Origin: Gammaproteobacteria bacterium
GTDB taxonomy: Bacteria; Pseudomonadota; Gammaproteobacteria; Eutrophobiales; Eutrophobiaceae
Assembly (NCBI GenBank): GCA_965116495.1
Contig: OZ220696.1
Coordinates: 3,264,001 to 3,328,000 of the forward strand
Length of the DNA: 64,000 bases
Direction: 5' to 3'
Shown: in pieces, positions 27,353-38,021 of the stretch
Numbering within the stretch: position 1 is the first letter of the stretch
How the letters are laid out: each line of letters begins with the position of its first letter
Notes under the pieces: model-generated
Told to the model about the DNA's origin: nothing
Database searches by the model: none
What the model saw: only the letters and a program-made list of their open reading frames with translations
Translations under genes and position numbers: made by a program

Positions 27353-29191
27353 ATGCTTCCCGCGCCCCGCTTGCCGCGTAATACGATGATCGTCATCTCC
27401 CTGGCCCAGGGATTGGGGTTGCTGCTGCTTTGGCGCGCTTTGACCCATGAAGCGTGGCCAAGCCAGGCGCCGCCTGTCAACTTTCCGCTATGGACGTTTG
27501 TGGTCGTTTGGCCGACGCTGTTGCTGCTGAGCCTGGAAGTGGGTAACAGGTTGCGGGTCTTCCAGCTGACCAGCGCCTTCTCCGGCGTGCTTGTTCTACT
27601 GGCGGTCTATATCGGCTGGCAGGCGTCACCTGTCGGTAAATTCTCAATTCATTCGTTGGTGTTTGTTTACAGCATCACGCTGACCATTGCCTGCTTCAAG
27701 GCCCTGATGTATTTGCAGCAACGCGCCGGCGGGCTGCCAATGACCTACGAGATCCTGTTCGCCTTTTCCTGGCGCAACTTTCTGGTGGCTGCGCTTGCCG
27801 GCGCCTTCATGGGCGGGGTCAGCGCTTTGCTTGCTCTCTGGGCCGCCCTGTTCCTGGTCATTGATATCGATTTCTTCAGAGAATTATTCTCAAAGGACTG
27901 GTTCCTATTCCCGGTACTCGCCGTCGCCTTCGGTATCGGGGTATTCGTTTTTCGGCGCCTGACCGGGGTGATCGACGGTATTACCGGCCTCCTGGAGGGT
28001 CTCATACGGCTGTTATTACCCCTGGTCATCATAATCATGGTGATCTTCCTCTCGGCGCTACCGTTCACCGGCCTGACGCCCTTGTGGGAAACCGGCAGGG
28101 GAACGGCCCTGCTACTGTGGTTGAACGCGGTAGTGCTGTTTTTTATCAACGCGGTATACCAGACCGGCCGCCACACCCCGTATTCGCAGATCGTCCAGCG
28201 CCTCTTGTACCCAGGCATTGCATTGCTCCCCATCGTGTCTGTACTGGCGCTGTATGGTCTGTACCTGCGGGTTGATCAATACGGCTGGACCGTGGCGCGT
28301 TGCTGGGCTCTGGCAGTCACCATATTGCTGGGTATGGTTTCCTGTGGATACCTGTGGGGGATCATCCGGCGGCGTTCGACGTGGACGACAGGGCTGGCTC
28401 ACGTCAATATCGTCATGGGTTGGGTAGTGCTGGCGCTGATGCTGCTTGTCAACAGTCCGTTGCTCGATTTTCGGTCGATCTCCCTTGCCAGTCAGCTTGG
28501 ACGCGTCGATACCGGCGAACTTGAATTGAACGAATTCGATTTTTATTACGTCAGACGACACCTTGCCCGGCCCGGTTTCCTGGCGCTGCAAACACTGATC
28601 GCACAATTGGAGGTTTCAGACCCTGAGTTGGCCGAGCGCATCTCAAGGCGTATAAGTCCGGTGAGGCTGGACACAGGTGAAACACCGGAGGAGTTTTGGG
28701 GACACATAACGTTTCGCCCGGAACGTTTCGACGTCCCCGCGGATCTGCAAACGTTGATTGAAAACAGACTCTTCCGGCCCTTTGGGAAGCCTGAAACCGT
28801 GAGGCAGGAGGTCGCGGATACGCCTCCTGCTGATGCGCGCAAGGCGGGTGAGATACCGGGAGAGGACGATTTGTCCGCGTTCGGCCAAGACTTGTCGCGG
28901 CTCCGTTGGAATCCCGTGTTCATTCAAGTTGATTTGAACAATGATGACGTATTGGAGTACGCACTGGTCAGCGTGGCCCCCAATGGCAGGTGGGTGTACG
29001 GGTTTTGCTTTCATCTGGTCGACGACGTCTGGAAATATCGCAGACTCACTCTCGTTTCTCCATCTCGGCTGATGAACGCAACGACACCTGACGTTGACGT
29101 GTCGGATGCCTTGCATGAGGGAGAAATTGAGGCTGTAGAACCGGCTTTCCGGGACTTGCAGGTCGGTGAACTGGTACTACGGGTAAGATAG
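27353..29191 (+). CDS. DUF4153-type multi-pass membrane protein
   Basis: Many transmembrane segments, LRVDQYGWTVAR, and SPLLDFRSISLASQ followed by a soluble C-terminal domain. Confidence 0.75.
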   Translation: MLPAPRLPRNTMIVISLAQGLGLLLLWRALTHEAWPSQAPPVNFPLWTFVVVWPTLLLLSLEVGNRLRVFQLTSAFSGVLVLLAVYIGWQASPVGKFSIHSLVFVYSITLTIACFKALMYLQQRAGGLPMTYEILFAFSWRNFLVAALAGAFMGGVSALLALWAALFLVIDIDFFRELFSKDWFLFPVLAVAFGIGVFVFRRLTGVIDGITGLLEGLIRLLLPLVIIIMVIFLSALPFTGLTPLWETGRGTALLLWLNAVVLFFINAVYQTGRHTPYSQIVQRLLYPGIALLPIVSVLALYGLYLRVDQYGWTVARCWALAVTILLGMVSCGYLWGIIRRRSTWTTGLAHVNIVMGWVVLALMLLVNSPLLDFRSISLASQLGRVDTGELELNEFDFYYVRRHLARPGFLALQTLIAQLEVSDPELAERISRRISPVRLDTGETPEEFWGHITFRPERFDVPADLQTLIENRLFRPFGKPETVRQEVADTPPADARKAGEIPGEDDLSAFGQDLSRLRWNPVFIQVDLNNDDVLEYALVSVAPNGRWVYGFCFHLVDDVWKYRRLTLVSPSRLMNATTPDVDVSDALHEGEIEAVEPAFRDLQVGELVLRVR

Positions 29192-29197
29192 CAGGCT

Positions 29198-30217
29198 GTG
29201 AGCAGGCAAGGTATCATGCGCACCGTGATTGTCAGTGAATTTGGAGACATTGAAGCGACCAGACTCGGCGATATGCCGCAGCCGTCACCGGGGCCTGGCG
29301 AGATACTCGTCAACATTAAGGCAACCGCAGTCAATTACGTGGACCTGCTGGTGATTGCGGGAAAATATCAGTTCCGTCCGGCATGTCCGTTCATACCCGG
29401 TAAAGCCCCCGCCGGGGTGGTTGAGGCGGTGGGTGAGGAAGTGGACCAATTCAAAGTCGGTGACCGGGTCCTGGCCATGGCGGAACAGGGCGGCTATGCG
29501 GAACAGGTAGCGGTTCCTGCAGACCAGTGTTATCACCTTCCTGCCTCCATGTATTTCGCCGATGCCGCCGCCATGGCGCTGGTTTACGACACGGCCTGGG
29601 TGGCGTTACGGGAGCGGGCGCGTATCCGTCGAGGCGAGGTCGCCCTAATTCTCGGCGCGTCAGGCGGAGTGGGTTATGCGGCGTTACAACTCGCGCGCAC
29701 TATGGGCGTCAGGACTCTGGCGGGCATAACCAGGCAGGAAACTGCTGAATTGGTACTGGCTGCCGGGGCCGAGGCGGTGATCGACCTCAGCGTTCCCGAC
29801 CTGCGTGAAGAGTTGCGCCGGCAGGTATATGAGACCAACCGGGGCCACGGCGCCGATGTCATACTCGACCCCCTGGGAGGTAATTATTTTGACGCTGCGC
29901 TACGGGCGCTTGCCTGGCGCGGCAGGCTAGTAGTCATCGGTTTTGCCGCAAGCCGGATACCGACCGTCAAGACCAATTACCTGCTCCTGAAAAATATCGA
30001 GGTGAGTGGTTTACAGGTGAGCGATTACCGCAAGCGAATCCCGGAGATGATGCAGGAGTGTTTCGCGGAGATATTCACCCTGTATGAAGCGGGAAAAATA
30101 AAACCGGCTCCGATTACCCGGTTTCCACTGGCAGATTACCAGTCAGCGCTGGTCCAGGTACGGGACCGTAGCGCACGCGGGAGGCTCGTCCTTGAAATTA
30201 ATGGGGACACCCGCTAA
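29198..30217 (+). CDS. NADPH:quinone oxidoreductase (MDR family)
   Basis: VNYVDLL..GKYQ..P..PFIPG, LGASGGVG, GRLVVIGFA, NYLLLKN. Confidence 0.9.
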   Translation: MSRQGIMRTVIVSEFGDIEATRLGDMPQPSPGPGEILVNIKATAVNYVDLLVIAGKYQFRPACPFIPGKAPAGVVEAVGEEVDQFKVGDRVLAMAEQGGYAEQVAVPADQCYHLPASMYFADAAAMALVYDTAWVALRERARIRRGEVALILGASGGVGYAALQLARTMGVRTLAGITRQETAELVLAAGAEAVIDLSVPDLREELRRQVYETNRGHGADVILDPLGGNYFDAALRALAWRGRLVVIGFAASRIPTVKTNYLLLKNIEVSGLQVSDYRKRIPEMMQECFAEIFTLYEAGKIKPAPITRFPLADYQSALVQVRDRSARGRLVLEINGDTR

Positions 30218-30253
30218 TCAGCCAGTAAGAACTGCTTCGGGAAACACTTCGTT

Positions 30254-30307
30254 GTCGTTCCGGCGCAAGCATGCCCTGGCATGCCTGAAGGCGGGGCCGG
30301 AACCCAG
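30254..30307. repeat. Family A REP variant between convergent genes
   Basis: GTCGTTCCGGC...GCCGGAACCCAG with an expanded internal loop. Confidence 0.65.
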
Positions 30308-30314
30308 GAAGAAC

Positions 30315-30833
30315 CTAACCGGCGGCAGGGGTTGAAAATGCGCTCTCCAGGTCCGTAAGGAACTGGTTGATATGGTCCTCCGTCGTATCCCAGGAACACA
30401 TTAAACGCGCTCCTGTTTCACCGGTGACAATGTGATAATACCAACCCTTCTCCCGCATTGATCGGTGCACGGTCTCCGGGAGGCTGACAAACACTGCATT
30501 GCTCTCGACCGGCGCCAGAAGTTCAGCTTCAGCAAACTGGCCCAGTCCGGCGGCCAGCAAGGCCGCACACCGGTTAGCGTGTCGTGCATGTTTCAGCCAG
30601 GCATCGTTTTCCAGCAGGCCCACCCAGGGCGCGGCAAGAAAACGCATCTTCGATGCCACGTGGCCGGCCTGTTTACAGCGGTGGCCGAATTCGTCGGACA
30701 GGGATTTATCGAAGAAGACAATGGCTTCTCCTACCGGCAGGGCCAGCTTGGTCGCGCCGAAGGAGAGTACGTCCACACCTGCGTGCCAGGTAATCTCCTT
30801 TGCGCTTACGTCCAGGGCGGCTACTGCGTTAGC
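30315..30833 (-). pseudogene. ltaE: Low-specificity L-threonine aldolase, 3' fragment (IS-interrupted)
   Basis: [27 protein letters not shown] (PLP lysine), SKMRFLAA, RLMCSWDT. Confidence 0.92.
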
Positions 30834-30905
30834 CCAAGTTTACCAATCTAAAAAATAAATCGTTATATGTCAATGGGTTAGATTGACATAATTCCGCTTA
30901 TGGCA

Positions 30906-32747
30906 CTACATTCGCGCCATGTTGCGGACGCTGTACTCAGACGATCTCTTTCTGCGTACCGCCGGGTGGTCCACGAATTCCCAAGGCGTCCAGGATGGCC
31001 TGTTGCGGCGGTTCCGGACGGGTGCCTTGCGCACGTGCACGGTACGTCCGTCTTTGCGCCGGACCGTGGCGGTCACCCGCTGACGGGCGCCGAGGATGCG
31101 CCGCAGCGTGGTCCAACTTGCGTTGCGGCAGGATTCATCGCCGTGCGCGGCCAGACGACGGCGGACCACCTGGACCAGTTGGTAGGCGATGACGGTGATG
31201 AACAAGTGGCCCTCGGCGCGCCGGGGACTCTGGTGATAGATGGGGCGCAATCCCAGCTCGGATTTCAAGGCGCGGAACACTGCTTCGATGTCGGTGAGCA
31301 GGGTGTAGGTCTGCCACAGCCGCGCCTCATCCCAGTCGGTGAGGTTGCTGCGCAGGCAATAGATGCCGGGGTGGGTGAGCATCGAGCCGGTGACCGGCTG
31401 GCGCTGCCAGCGTACGGCCACGGCCCGTTGGCCCTTGGCATCGGTGTCGACCTCGATGGTATAGTGCTGGCCGATGCCGTGGCTGCGGGCTTTCAAGCGT
31501 CCGATACGTTCCCGGACGTAGCCTGGCTGCTTGCGCGTACGCGGCCGGGACAGGCCCTCGTGCAGCGCGCTGAGGCCCTGCTCAAAGCGCGCCATGAAGC
31601 GTTCGGCGATGGCGCGCTCTTTCTCGGCCCGCGCCGCCGAGTAACAGTACAGGCGCACCTCACCGGCCTTGGCATCGGCCACCTGCTCCAGTTGGACCGT
31701 CTCGCCCCCACGGGTACGATGGGCCAGGGCGGCGTCCACGTCGAACCGGCGCTGTTGTTCCCGGCTCACCACGATGTAACGGTAGTCGTTATCCTTGAGC
31801 CAGGTGACCTGCGCCTCGGTGGCGATGCCCCGGTCGAGAATGACCAAGGCCCCCGGCGGGGTCTTGAGCGCCTCCAGCATCCCGGCCAGGGTGGTCTCCT
31901 CGCGCACGTTGCCGGCAAACACCCGTGAACGGCGCACGAAGCCGCTCGCATCGAGCACCAGCCCCAGGGTGAGCAGCTTGCAGTCGCTGCGTTTCTCTTT
32001 CGAATGGCCGCGCTGCGCCAGCGGCTGCCCGTGGGCCTCGCCCTCGTAGTAGGTGTTGGTCAGGTCATACAGGGTGACCGTCGGCGCCAGGTCAAACAAG
32101 TCCATGGCCTGCGCGAACAGGTGTGTCTCAATGACCGCACGGTGTTTGAGCAGCGCATCGGAAGCCCGGTACAACTGCATGGCGCCCATGCGTTCGAAGT
32201 TCACGTCCAGCAACTCGCCCAGGGCACTGCGCTCGCATAACCAGGCATGGGTGGCCCGCTCCGAGGCCGGGCACGCCAGCCGGCCCACGATGGAGCCGAT
32301 GGTGGCGGCGCGCAGGGATGCATTGACGCCCTGTGCCGCGAGTAACTCGTCCAGCCCCACCTGTGCCAGGGCCCACAACCCCACCTGCTCCACGCCCACG
32401 CTGCGCGGGCGGGTCAAGGCCAGCGAGTCCAGATCGACTGCCATCCACGCCGGCGCCGTTCCCGTCTCGTCCGGTCGAGACCGGGCCAGCAGTTGGGCGC
32501 TAATCTGTTGTGCCGCACTCTCCACGCCGGCGGGCAGGCTCGCCAGCAGCGACGTCTGGCCCTGGCGCAACGCCTCAATACGTTGGCACAGGGTCGGCCA
32601 GTGTTGTTTGTCGATAGCAAACTCGCTGCCGAGGTTCAGCAGGGTGCGTTGGCGCACCTTGGTGCCCGCGCGCTCACTGTGCACCAGGCGGTGGGAGTAA
32701 TAGGCCTGGCCGTCGGTACGGCGGGTGAGGGTACGGCGGATGAACAT
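30906..32747 (-). CDS. IS1634-family DDE transposase (probable -1 frameshift near the C-terminus)
   Basis: LYDLTNTYYEG, RGHSKEKRSDC, ILDRGIA, IEAVFRALKSELGLRPIYHQ. Confidence 0.93.
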   Translation of the reverse strand: MFIRRTLTRRTDGQAYYSHRLVHSERAGTKVRQRTLLNLGSEFAIDKQHWPTLCQRIEALRQGQTSLLASLPAGVESAAQQISAQLLARSRPDETGTAPAWMAVDLDSLALTRPRSVGVEQVGLWALAQVGLDELLAAQGVNASLRAATIGSIVGRLACPASERATHAWLCERSALGELLDVNFERMGAMQLYRASDALLKHRAVIETHLFAQAMDLFDLAPTVTLYDLTNTYYEGEAHGQPLAQRGHSKEKRSDCKLLTLGLVLDASGFVRRSRVFAGNVREETTLAGMLEALKTPPGALVILDRGIATEAQVTWLKDNDYRYIVVSREQQRRFDVDAALAHRTRGGETVQLEQVADAKAGEVRLYCYSAARAEKERAIAERFMARFEQGLSALHEGLSRPRTRKQPGYVRERIGRLKARSHGIGQHYTIEVDTDAKGQRAVAVRWQRQPVTGSMLTHPGIYCLRSNLTDWDEARLWQTYTLLTDIEAVFRALKSELGLRPIYHQSPRRAEGHLFITVIAYQLVQVVRRRLAAHGDESCRNASWTTLRRILGARQRVTATVRRKDGRTVHVRKAPVRNRRNRPSWTPWEFVDHPAVRRKRSSEYSVRNMARM

Positions 32748-32755
32748 AGGGGGAG

Positions 32756-32784
32756 AGGATACCGCTCTACCACACCGATGTCAA
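32756..32784 (-). promoter_or_regulatory. Sigma70-type transposase promoter, near-leaderless
   Basis: TTGACA (32784-32779), 17-bp spacer, TATCCT (32761-32756). ATG follows after 8 nt with no Shine-Dalgarno. Confidence 0.65.
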
Positions 32785-32917
32785 TATAAATATTCATATT
32801 ATGGCACTACAATGGCCAGACAACCCGTCACTCACCAAAAATCAATGCGTTACGATGACGAACCCGGCAGAAAATAGCAACATCCAACTAAATGCCAGTG
32901 AATCTTGGTAAACTTGG

Positions 32918-33454
32918 GTTAGCGAATCTGGCCCCGTCCATGTGGAAGTGGAGATGATGGTTATCTGCGATCTTACCGATGGCTTGAATCTGCTCCACCG
33001 TATAAACAGTACCCGCTTCCGTCGATTGCGTGATGGATACCGCTTTATGTATCTGGTAATGGAAATCGAGGGGCTGTTGCAATACCCGTTCAATGTCACC
33101 GGGCTGAATTTTCCCGTGCGCGCCATCCAGTAGTTCCAAGCCGGCGCCGCCGGAGAAAAAAGCCGGGCCGCCGCACTCGGCGGTAGCGATATGGGCATGC
33201 CTGTGGCAGATAATCTTGTGTTGTGGCCGGCAAATGCCTGCCAGGGCCAGGGAATTAGCCGCGGTGCCGGTGAAGACGAAATACACGTCACAGTCGGTCT
33301 CGAACAGTTCACGGATGAGGTCGGAGGCGTTCGCCGTCCATTCATCCTCGCCGTAAGCGGCGGCAAATCCCCGGTTGGCCTCGACCAGGGCATCCCAGGC
33401 CTCGGGTATGATCCCGGCAGTGTTGTCACTGGCAAAGTGGTATTTCAGTTGCAT
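32918..33454 (-). pseudogene. ltaE: Low-specificity L-threonine aldolase, 5' fragment (IS-interrupted)
   Basis: [45 protein letters not shown]. Confidence 0.92.
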
Positions 33455-33455
33455 G

Positions 33456-33518
33456 GCGTCGTACCGGTGTAAAGCGTCATACCGATGTAAAGCGTCGCAC
33501 TGGCGAACGCCAGTATCC
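33456..33518. repeat. Degenerate family A REP with 18-bp tandem partial copies
   Basis: GCGTCGTACCGGTGTAAA, GCGTCATACCGATGTAAA, then GCGTCGCACTGGCGAACGCCAGTATCC. Confidence 0.6.
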
Positions 33519-33550
33519 GGTAATAAAGTTGTGTCTGATAAAGTGACATT

Positions 33551-34636
33551 TCAAATGTGTGGATAGTGCTCCTGAATCGATAAAGCATAAGGCCTGCGCA
33601 AAATACCCCGCTCAGTGATGATTCCCGTGATCAGGTCATTGGGCGTGACGTCGAAAGCAGGGTTGCCGGCCTTCACGTTATCCGGCGCGGTACGGTGTCC
33701 ACCCCAGTGGGTCACCTCATCGGGCGCTCGCTCCTCAATCGGAATATCCGCCCCGCTTGCCGCATCCAGGTCGATGGTCGAATAAGGCAGGGCGACATAG
33801 AATGGAATGTTGAAATGATGCGCCAGTACGGCAAGGCCCAATGTGCCGATCTTGTTGGCGGCGTCGCCGTTCGCGGCAACCCGGTCAGCTCCGGTGATGA
33901 CCAGCTCGATCCTGCCTTGGGCCATCATGGTAGCGGCCATGTTGTCACAGATCAGGGTTACGTCGATTCCAGCCTGCAGCAGTTCCCAGGAAGTCAGGCG
34001 CGCCCCTTGCAGCAGGGGCCGGGTCTCGTCCACGAACACCCGGAAGTTAATACCTTCCAGGTGGGCCAGATACATGGGCGCGGTAGCCGTCCCCAGTTCG
34101 GAAGTCGCCAGCAAACCGGCATTACAATGGGTGAGTACTCCCATGCCTTGCCTGATCAACGGTTTCCCGGCTTCACCGATATCCCGGCACAGGCGCCGGT
34201 CTTCATCATGAATGCGGATTGCCTCTGCGAGCAGTTCTGCGTGTACCTGTCCCGGGCTGGCGCCGGCCTGTTCCAGGCCGCGTGTTACCAGCCGGCGCAA
34301 GGCCCAGCGCAGGTTGACCCCGGTAGGCCGGGCGGCTTCCAGGTACTCCGCCTGTTTGCGCATTTCAGCAACGAAAGCATCCCGGTCCAAGTGTAGTTTG
34401 TCGCGCAGGGCGAGTACCAGGCCGTAGGCGCCGGCAATGCCGATGGCAGGGGCGCCGCGTACCTTGAGTTGCTGAATGGACTCCCGGACCTGGGCAGCTG
34501 AATCTTGCCGTTCTTCTATGACCTGTCCGGGCAGCCGGGTCTGGTCGAGGAGGTATAATTCCCCGTCCTGCCAGCGTACCGGTTCTACTGAAGCACGGAA
34601 GGAATGATCTTTTGGTCTCGGCATTATCCCGGTCAT
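33551..34636 (-). CDS. mtnA: S-methyl-5-thioribose-1-phosphate isomerase
   Basis: LLDQTRLP, VRGAPAIG, RPTGVNL, LTHCNAG, DETRPLLQGARLT, ANKIGT, NPAFDVTP. Confidence 0.96.
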   Translation of the reverse strand: MTGIMPRPKDHSFRASVEPVRWQDGELYLLDQTRLPGQVIEERQDSAAQVRESIQQLKVRGAPAIGIAGAYGLVLALRDKLHLDRDAFVAEMRKQAEYLEAARPTGVNLRWALRRLVTRGLEQAGASPGQVHAELLAEAIRIHDEDRRLCRDIGEAGKPLIRQGMGVLTHCNAGLLATSELGTATAPMYLAHLEGINFRVFVDETRPLLQGARLTSWELLQAGIDVTLICDNMAATMMAQGRIELVITGADRVAANGDAANKIGTLGLAVLAHHFNIPFYVALPYSTIDLDAASGADIPIEERAPDEVTHWGGHRTAPDNVKAGNPAFDVTPNDLITGIITERGILRRPYALSIQEHYPHI

Positions 34637-34703
34637 ATTCTCAGGTTGGCGGCAGTGGTTGAATAGTTTGCAACAGGTCCTGTCTATACGGGTGAAGGAG
34701 CAA

Positions 34704-35480
34704 TCAGGTCCCGGTAAACCTGGCCTCTCTTTTTTCCAGAAATGCCGCTATGCCTTCTCTGCAGTCGGCGCTGTCGAAACACAGGCGCTGTAACGCAGCT
34801 TCCGCGCCGATAGCGTCCGCATAACTGAGCGTGAAGGCCCGACGCATCATTTTTTTGGTGCGAGCCAGCGCCAGCGGCGCTTTGCCGGCGAGCCTGGCAG
34901 CCCACTCCCGGGCTGTGGCCAGCAGGGCGTCATCCGCCACGATTTGATTGACCAGGCCCAGTTCCCTGCAGCGCGCGGCAGGCATGCGGTCGTTTTCAAC
35001 AGCCACTTGGTAGGCGTTCATATATCCCATGGCGCGGGCCAGCAGCCAGGTCGAGCCGCCGTCCGGGATGAGGCCTATACTGCTGAACGGCGACAGCAGG
35101 AAGGCGCTTTCTCCCATCACTGCCAGGTCACACACCAGCGCGTAGGACAGGCCGATACCGGCGGCAAAACCGTTGATGGCGCTGATAACGGGTTTGTCCA
35201 TCTCGGCAATGTCGGCCAGGCTGGGCCGGTATTCTTCATTCAGTATCTGCTCCACCTCCGCCCCGGTCTTGAATCCGGCTTTCAAATCTGCCCCGGCGCT
35301 GAAGCAACGTCCGGCGCCGGTCAGGATGACTGCGCGTATGGCCGTGTCTTCACGGGCCTGTGCGGTCGCAGCAGCCAGGTTCGCGCGCATATCACTGTCA
35401 AATGAATTCAACGACGCGGGCCGATTGAGTGTGATCGTAGCAACGGCTCCCTCGGTCCCATATAAAACGGTATCTGTCAT
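34704..35480 (-). CDS. Enoyl-CoA hydratase/isomerase (PaaG-like crotonase)
   Basis: ITLNRP, FSAGADL, AINGFAAGIG, IGLIPDGG. Confidence 0.9.
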   Translation of the reverse strand: MTDTVLYGTEGAVATITLNRPASLNSFDSDMRANLAAATAQAREDTAIRAVILTGAGRCFSAGADLKAGFKTGAEVEQILNEEYRPSLADIAEMDKPVISAINGFAAGIGLSYALVCDLAVMGESAFLLSPFSSIGLIPDGGSTWLLARAMGYMNAYQVAVENDRMPAARCRELGLVNQIVADDALLATAREWAARLAGKAPLALARTKKMMRRAFTLSYADAIGAEAALQRLCFDSADCREGIAAFLEKREARFTGT

Positions 35481-35496
35481 GTTACAATCTCCTGTC

Positions 35497-35593
35497 GGTT
35501 TATGGGGTCAGGTCGCACATTGCACACATAATTTGTGATATGAAGCTACCATAAACTTTTTGGTGTGCAATGTGCGACCTGACCCCATAAACC
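35497..35593. repeat. REPIN/MITE-like inverted repeat, family C
   Basis: Perfect 31-bp arms GGTTTATGGGGTCAGGTCGCACATTGCACAC (35497-35527) and its reverse complement (35563-35593), 35-bp spacer. Confidence 0.9.
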
Positions 35594-35671
35594 TATTATT
35601 CACGAAGTCGGCACTGAGTCCAGCGTATCACGCGATATGCTCACGTAAAGAAGCAAGAGACTGATAAGAGA

Positions 35672-36799
35672 GTGGAACCGCCGCCCAAGACCGAACCGTT
35701 ACTGCTGACGCCAGGACCGTTAACCACGTCCGCAAGCGTCAAACAGGCCATGCTCCGTGATTACGGATCGCGGGATGGTCGTTTCATAGAGCTGAACCGG
35801 CGTGTCTGTACCGGGTTGCTCAGCTTGTGTGACGCCGGCGATTCACACTTGTGCATTCCCCTGCAGGGCAGCGGCTCGTTTGCGGTGGAAGCCATGATAG
35901 CCAATCAGTTACCCGTGCGGGGAAAGTTACTCAACCTGGTCAACGGTGCTTACGGCCACCGTATCACTGAAATCTGCCGTTATCTTGGCCGACAGGTCAG
36001 GGTGCTCGAAACGGGGGAGGATCAACCCATAGACGTAGCCGACCTGGACCGGACACTGGCGGGCGATGCAGGGATTACCCACGTCGCAGTAGTTTATTGT
36101 GAAACCACTTCAGGCATACTGAACCCCGTTGCGCAGATAGCGGACGTGGTTGCAGGTCACCGGCGCCGATTGTTGGTCGACGCCATGAGTACGTTCGGTG
36201 CGCTGCCGTTAAGCGCCGCCGATATGCCGTTTGCCGCCCTCGCCGCGTCCGCCAACAAGTGTCTGCAGAGTGTGCCGGGGATGGGATTTGTCATTGCGGA
36301 AAAGGACTCATTTCCCGGTACCGAGGGAAATGCCCACTCGTTAAGCCTTGATCTCTACCGGCAATGGCGCTACATGAATGAGAGCGGACAGTGGCGTTTT
36401 ACGCCACCCACCCACTGCCTGCTGGCACTGGACCAGGCCTTGCGGGAACTTGAAGAAGAAGGCGGTGTTCCGGGACGCCGCAGGCGTTATGAAGAAAACT
36501 GCCAGGCGCTTGTCGAAGGCATGCGTGAGCTTGGTTTTGCCACCCTTCTGCCGGATGAATTACAAGCGCCGATCATCGTGACTTTTCTGATGCCGGGGAA
36601 TGAAGCATTCAGCTTCCAGGAGTTTTATCAACGCCTGAATGAACTGGGTTATGTCATTTATCCCGGCAAGCTAACGGAAAAGGACAGTTTCAGGATCGGT
36701 TGCATCGGCCACTTTGGCGCAGACGAGATGCGCGCGGCTGTAGCGGCGGTAAAACAGGTGTTGCAGGAGATGGGCGTCGAAGGACAAATAAAGAATTAA
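35672..36799 (+). CDS. phnW: 2-aminoethylphosphonate--pyruvate transaminase
   Basis: LLTPGPLTTS, LQGSGSFAVE, CETTSGILNP, DAMSTFG, SANKCL, QWRFTPPTH, IYPGKLT. Confidence 0.93.
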   Translation: MEPPPKTEPLLLTPGPLTTSASVKQAMLRDYGSRDGRFIELNRRVCTGLLSLCDAGDSHLCIPLQGSGSFAVEAMIANQLPVRGKLLNLVNGAYGHRITEICRYLGRQVRVLETGEDQPIDVADLDRTLAGDAGITHVAVVYCETTSGILNPVAQIADVVAGHRRRLLVDAMSTFGALPLSAADMPFAALAASANKCLQSVPGMGFVIAEKDSFPGTEGNAHSLSLDLYRQWRYMNESGQWRFTPPTHCLLALDQALRELEEEGGVPGRRRRYEENCQALVEGMRELGFATLLPDELQAPIIVTFLMPGNEAFSFQEFYQRLNELGYVIYPGKLTEKDSFRIGCIGHFGADEMRAAVAAVKQVLQEMGVEGQIKN

Positions 36800-36905
36800 G
36801 AATTACGAATTAGGAATTACGAATTGGGGGGGCTGCAATGAATGCAATGAATGGGGTCAGGTCGCACATTGCACATATTTCACTCCTAATTCCTAATTCG
36901 TAATT
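36793..36905. repeat. Inverted heptamer arrays flanking a family C arm, between convergent genes
   Basis: GAATTA[A/C/G] x4-5 at 36793-36825. ATGGGGTCAGGTCGCACATTGCACA at 36851-36875. TC[C/G]TAAT x3 at about 36884-36905. Confidence 0.8.
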
Positions 36906-36909
36906 ATCA

Positions 36910-37992
<1,083 letters not shown>

Positions 37993-38021
37993 TCATATTC
38001 TCATCATGTTGTCGTGATAAA

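Larger units (their letters stand above)
30834..32917 (-). mobile_element. IS1634-family insertion sequence
   Basis: 13-bp terminal inverted repeats CCAAGTTTACCAA (30834-30846) and TTGGTAAACTTGG (32905-32917). 6-bp target duplication GTTAGC (30828-30833 and 32918-32923). Confidence 0.95.

Noticed and set aside
30834-32917. Alternative IS boundary with 14-bp inverted repeats and a 4-bp TTAG duplication
   Set aside because: It gives the same empty site. The 6-bp duplication fits the usual 5-6 bp for IS1634 better, but other copies are needed to settle it.
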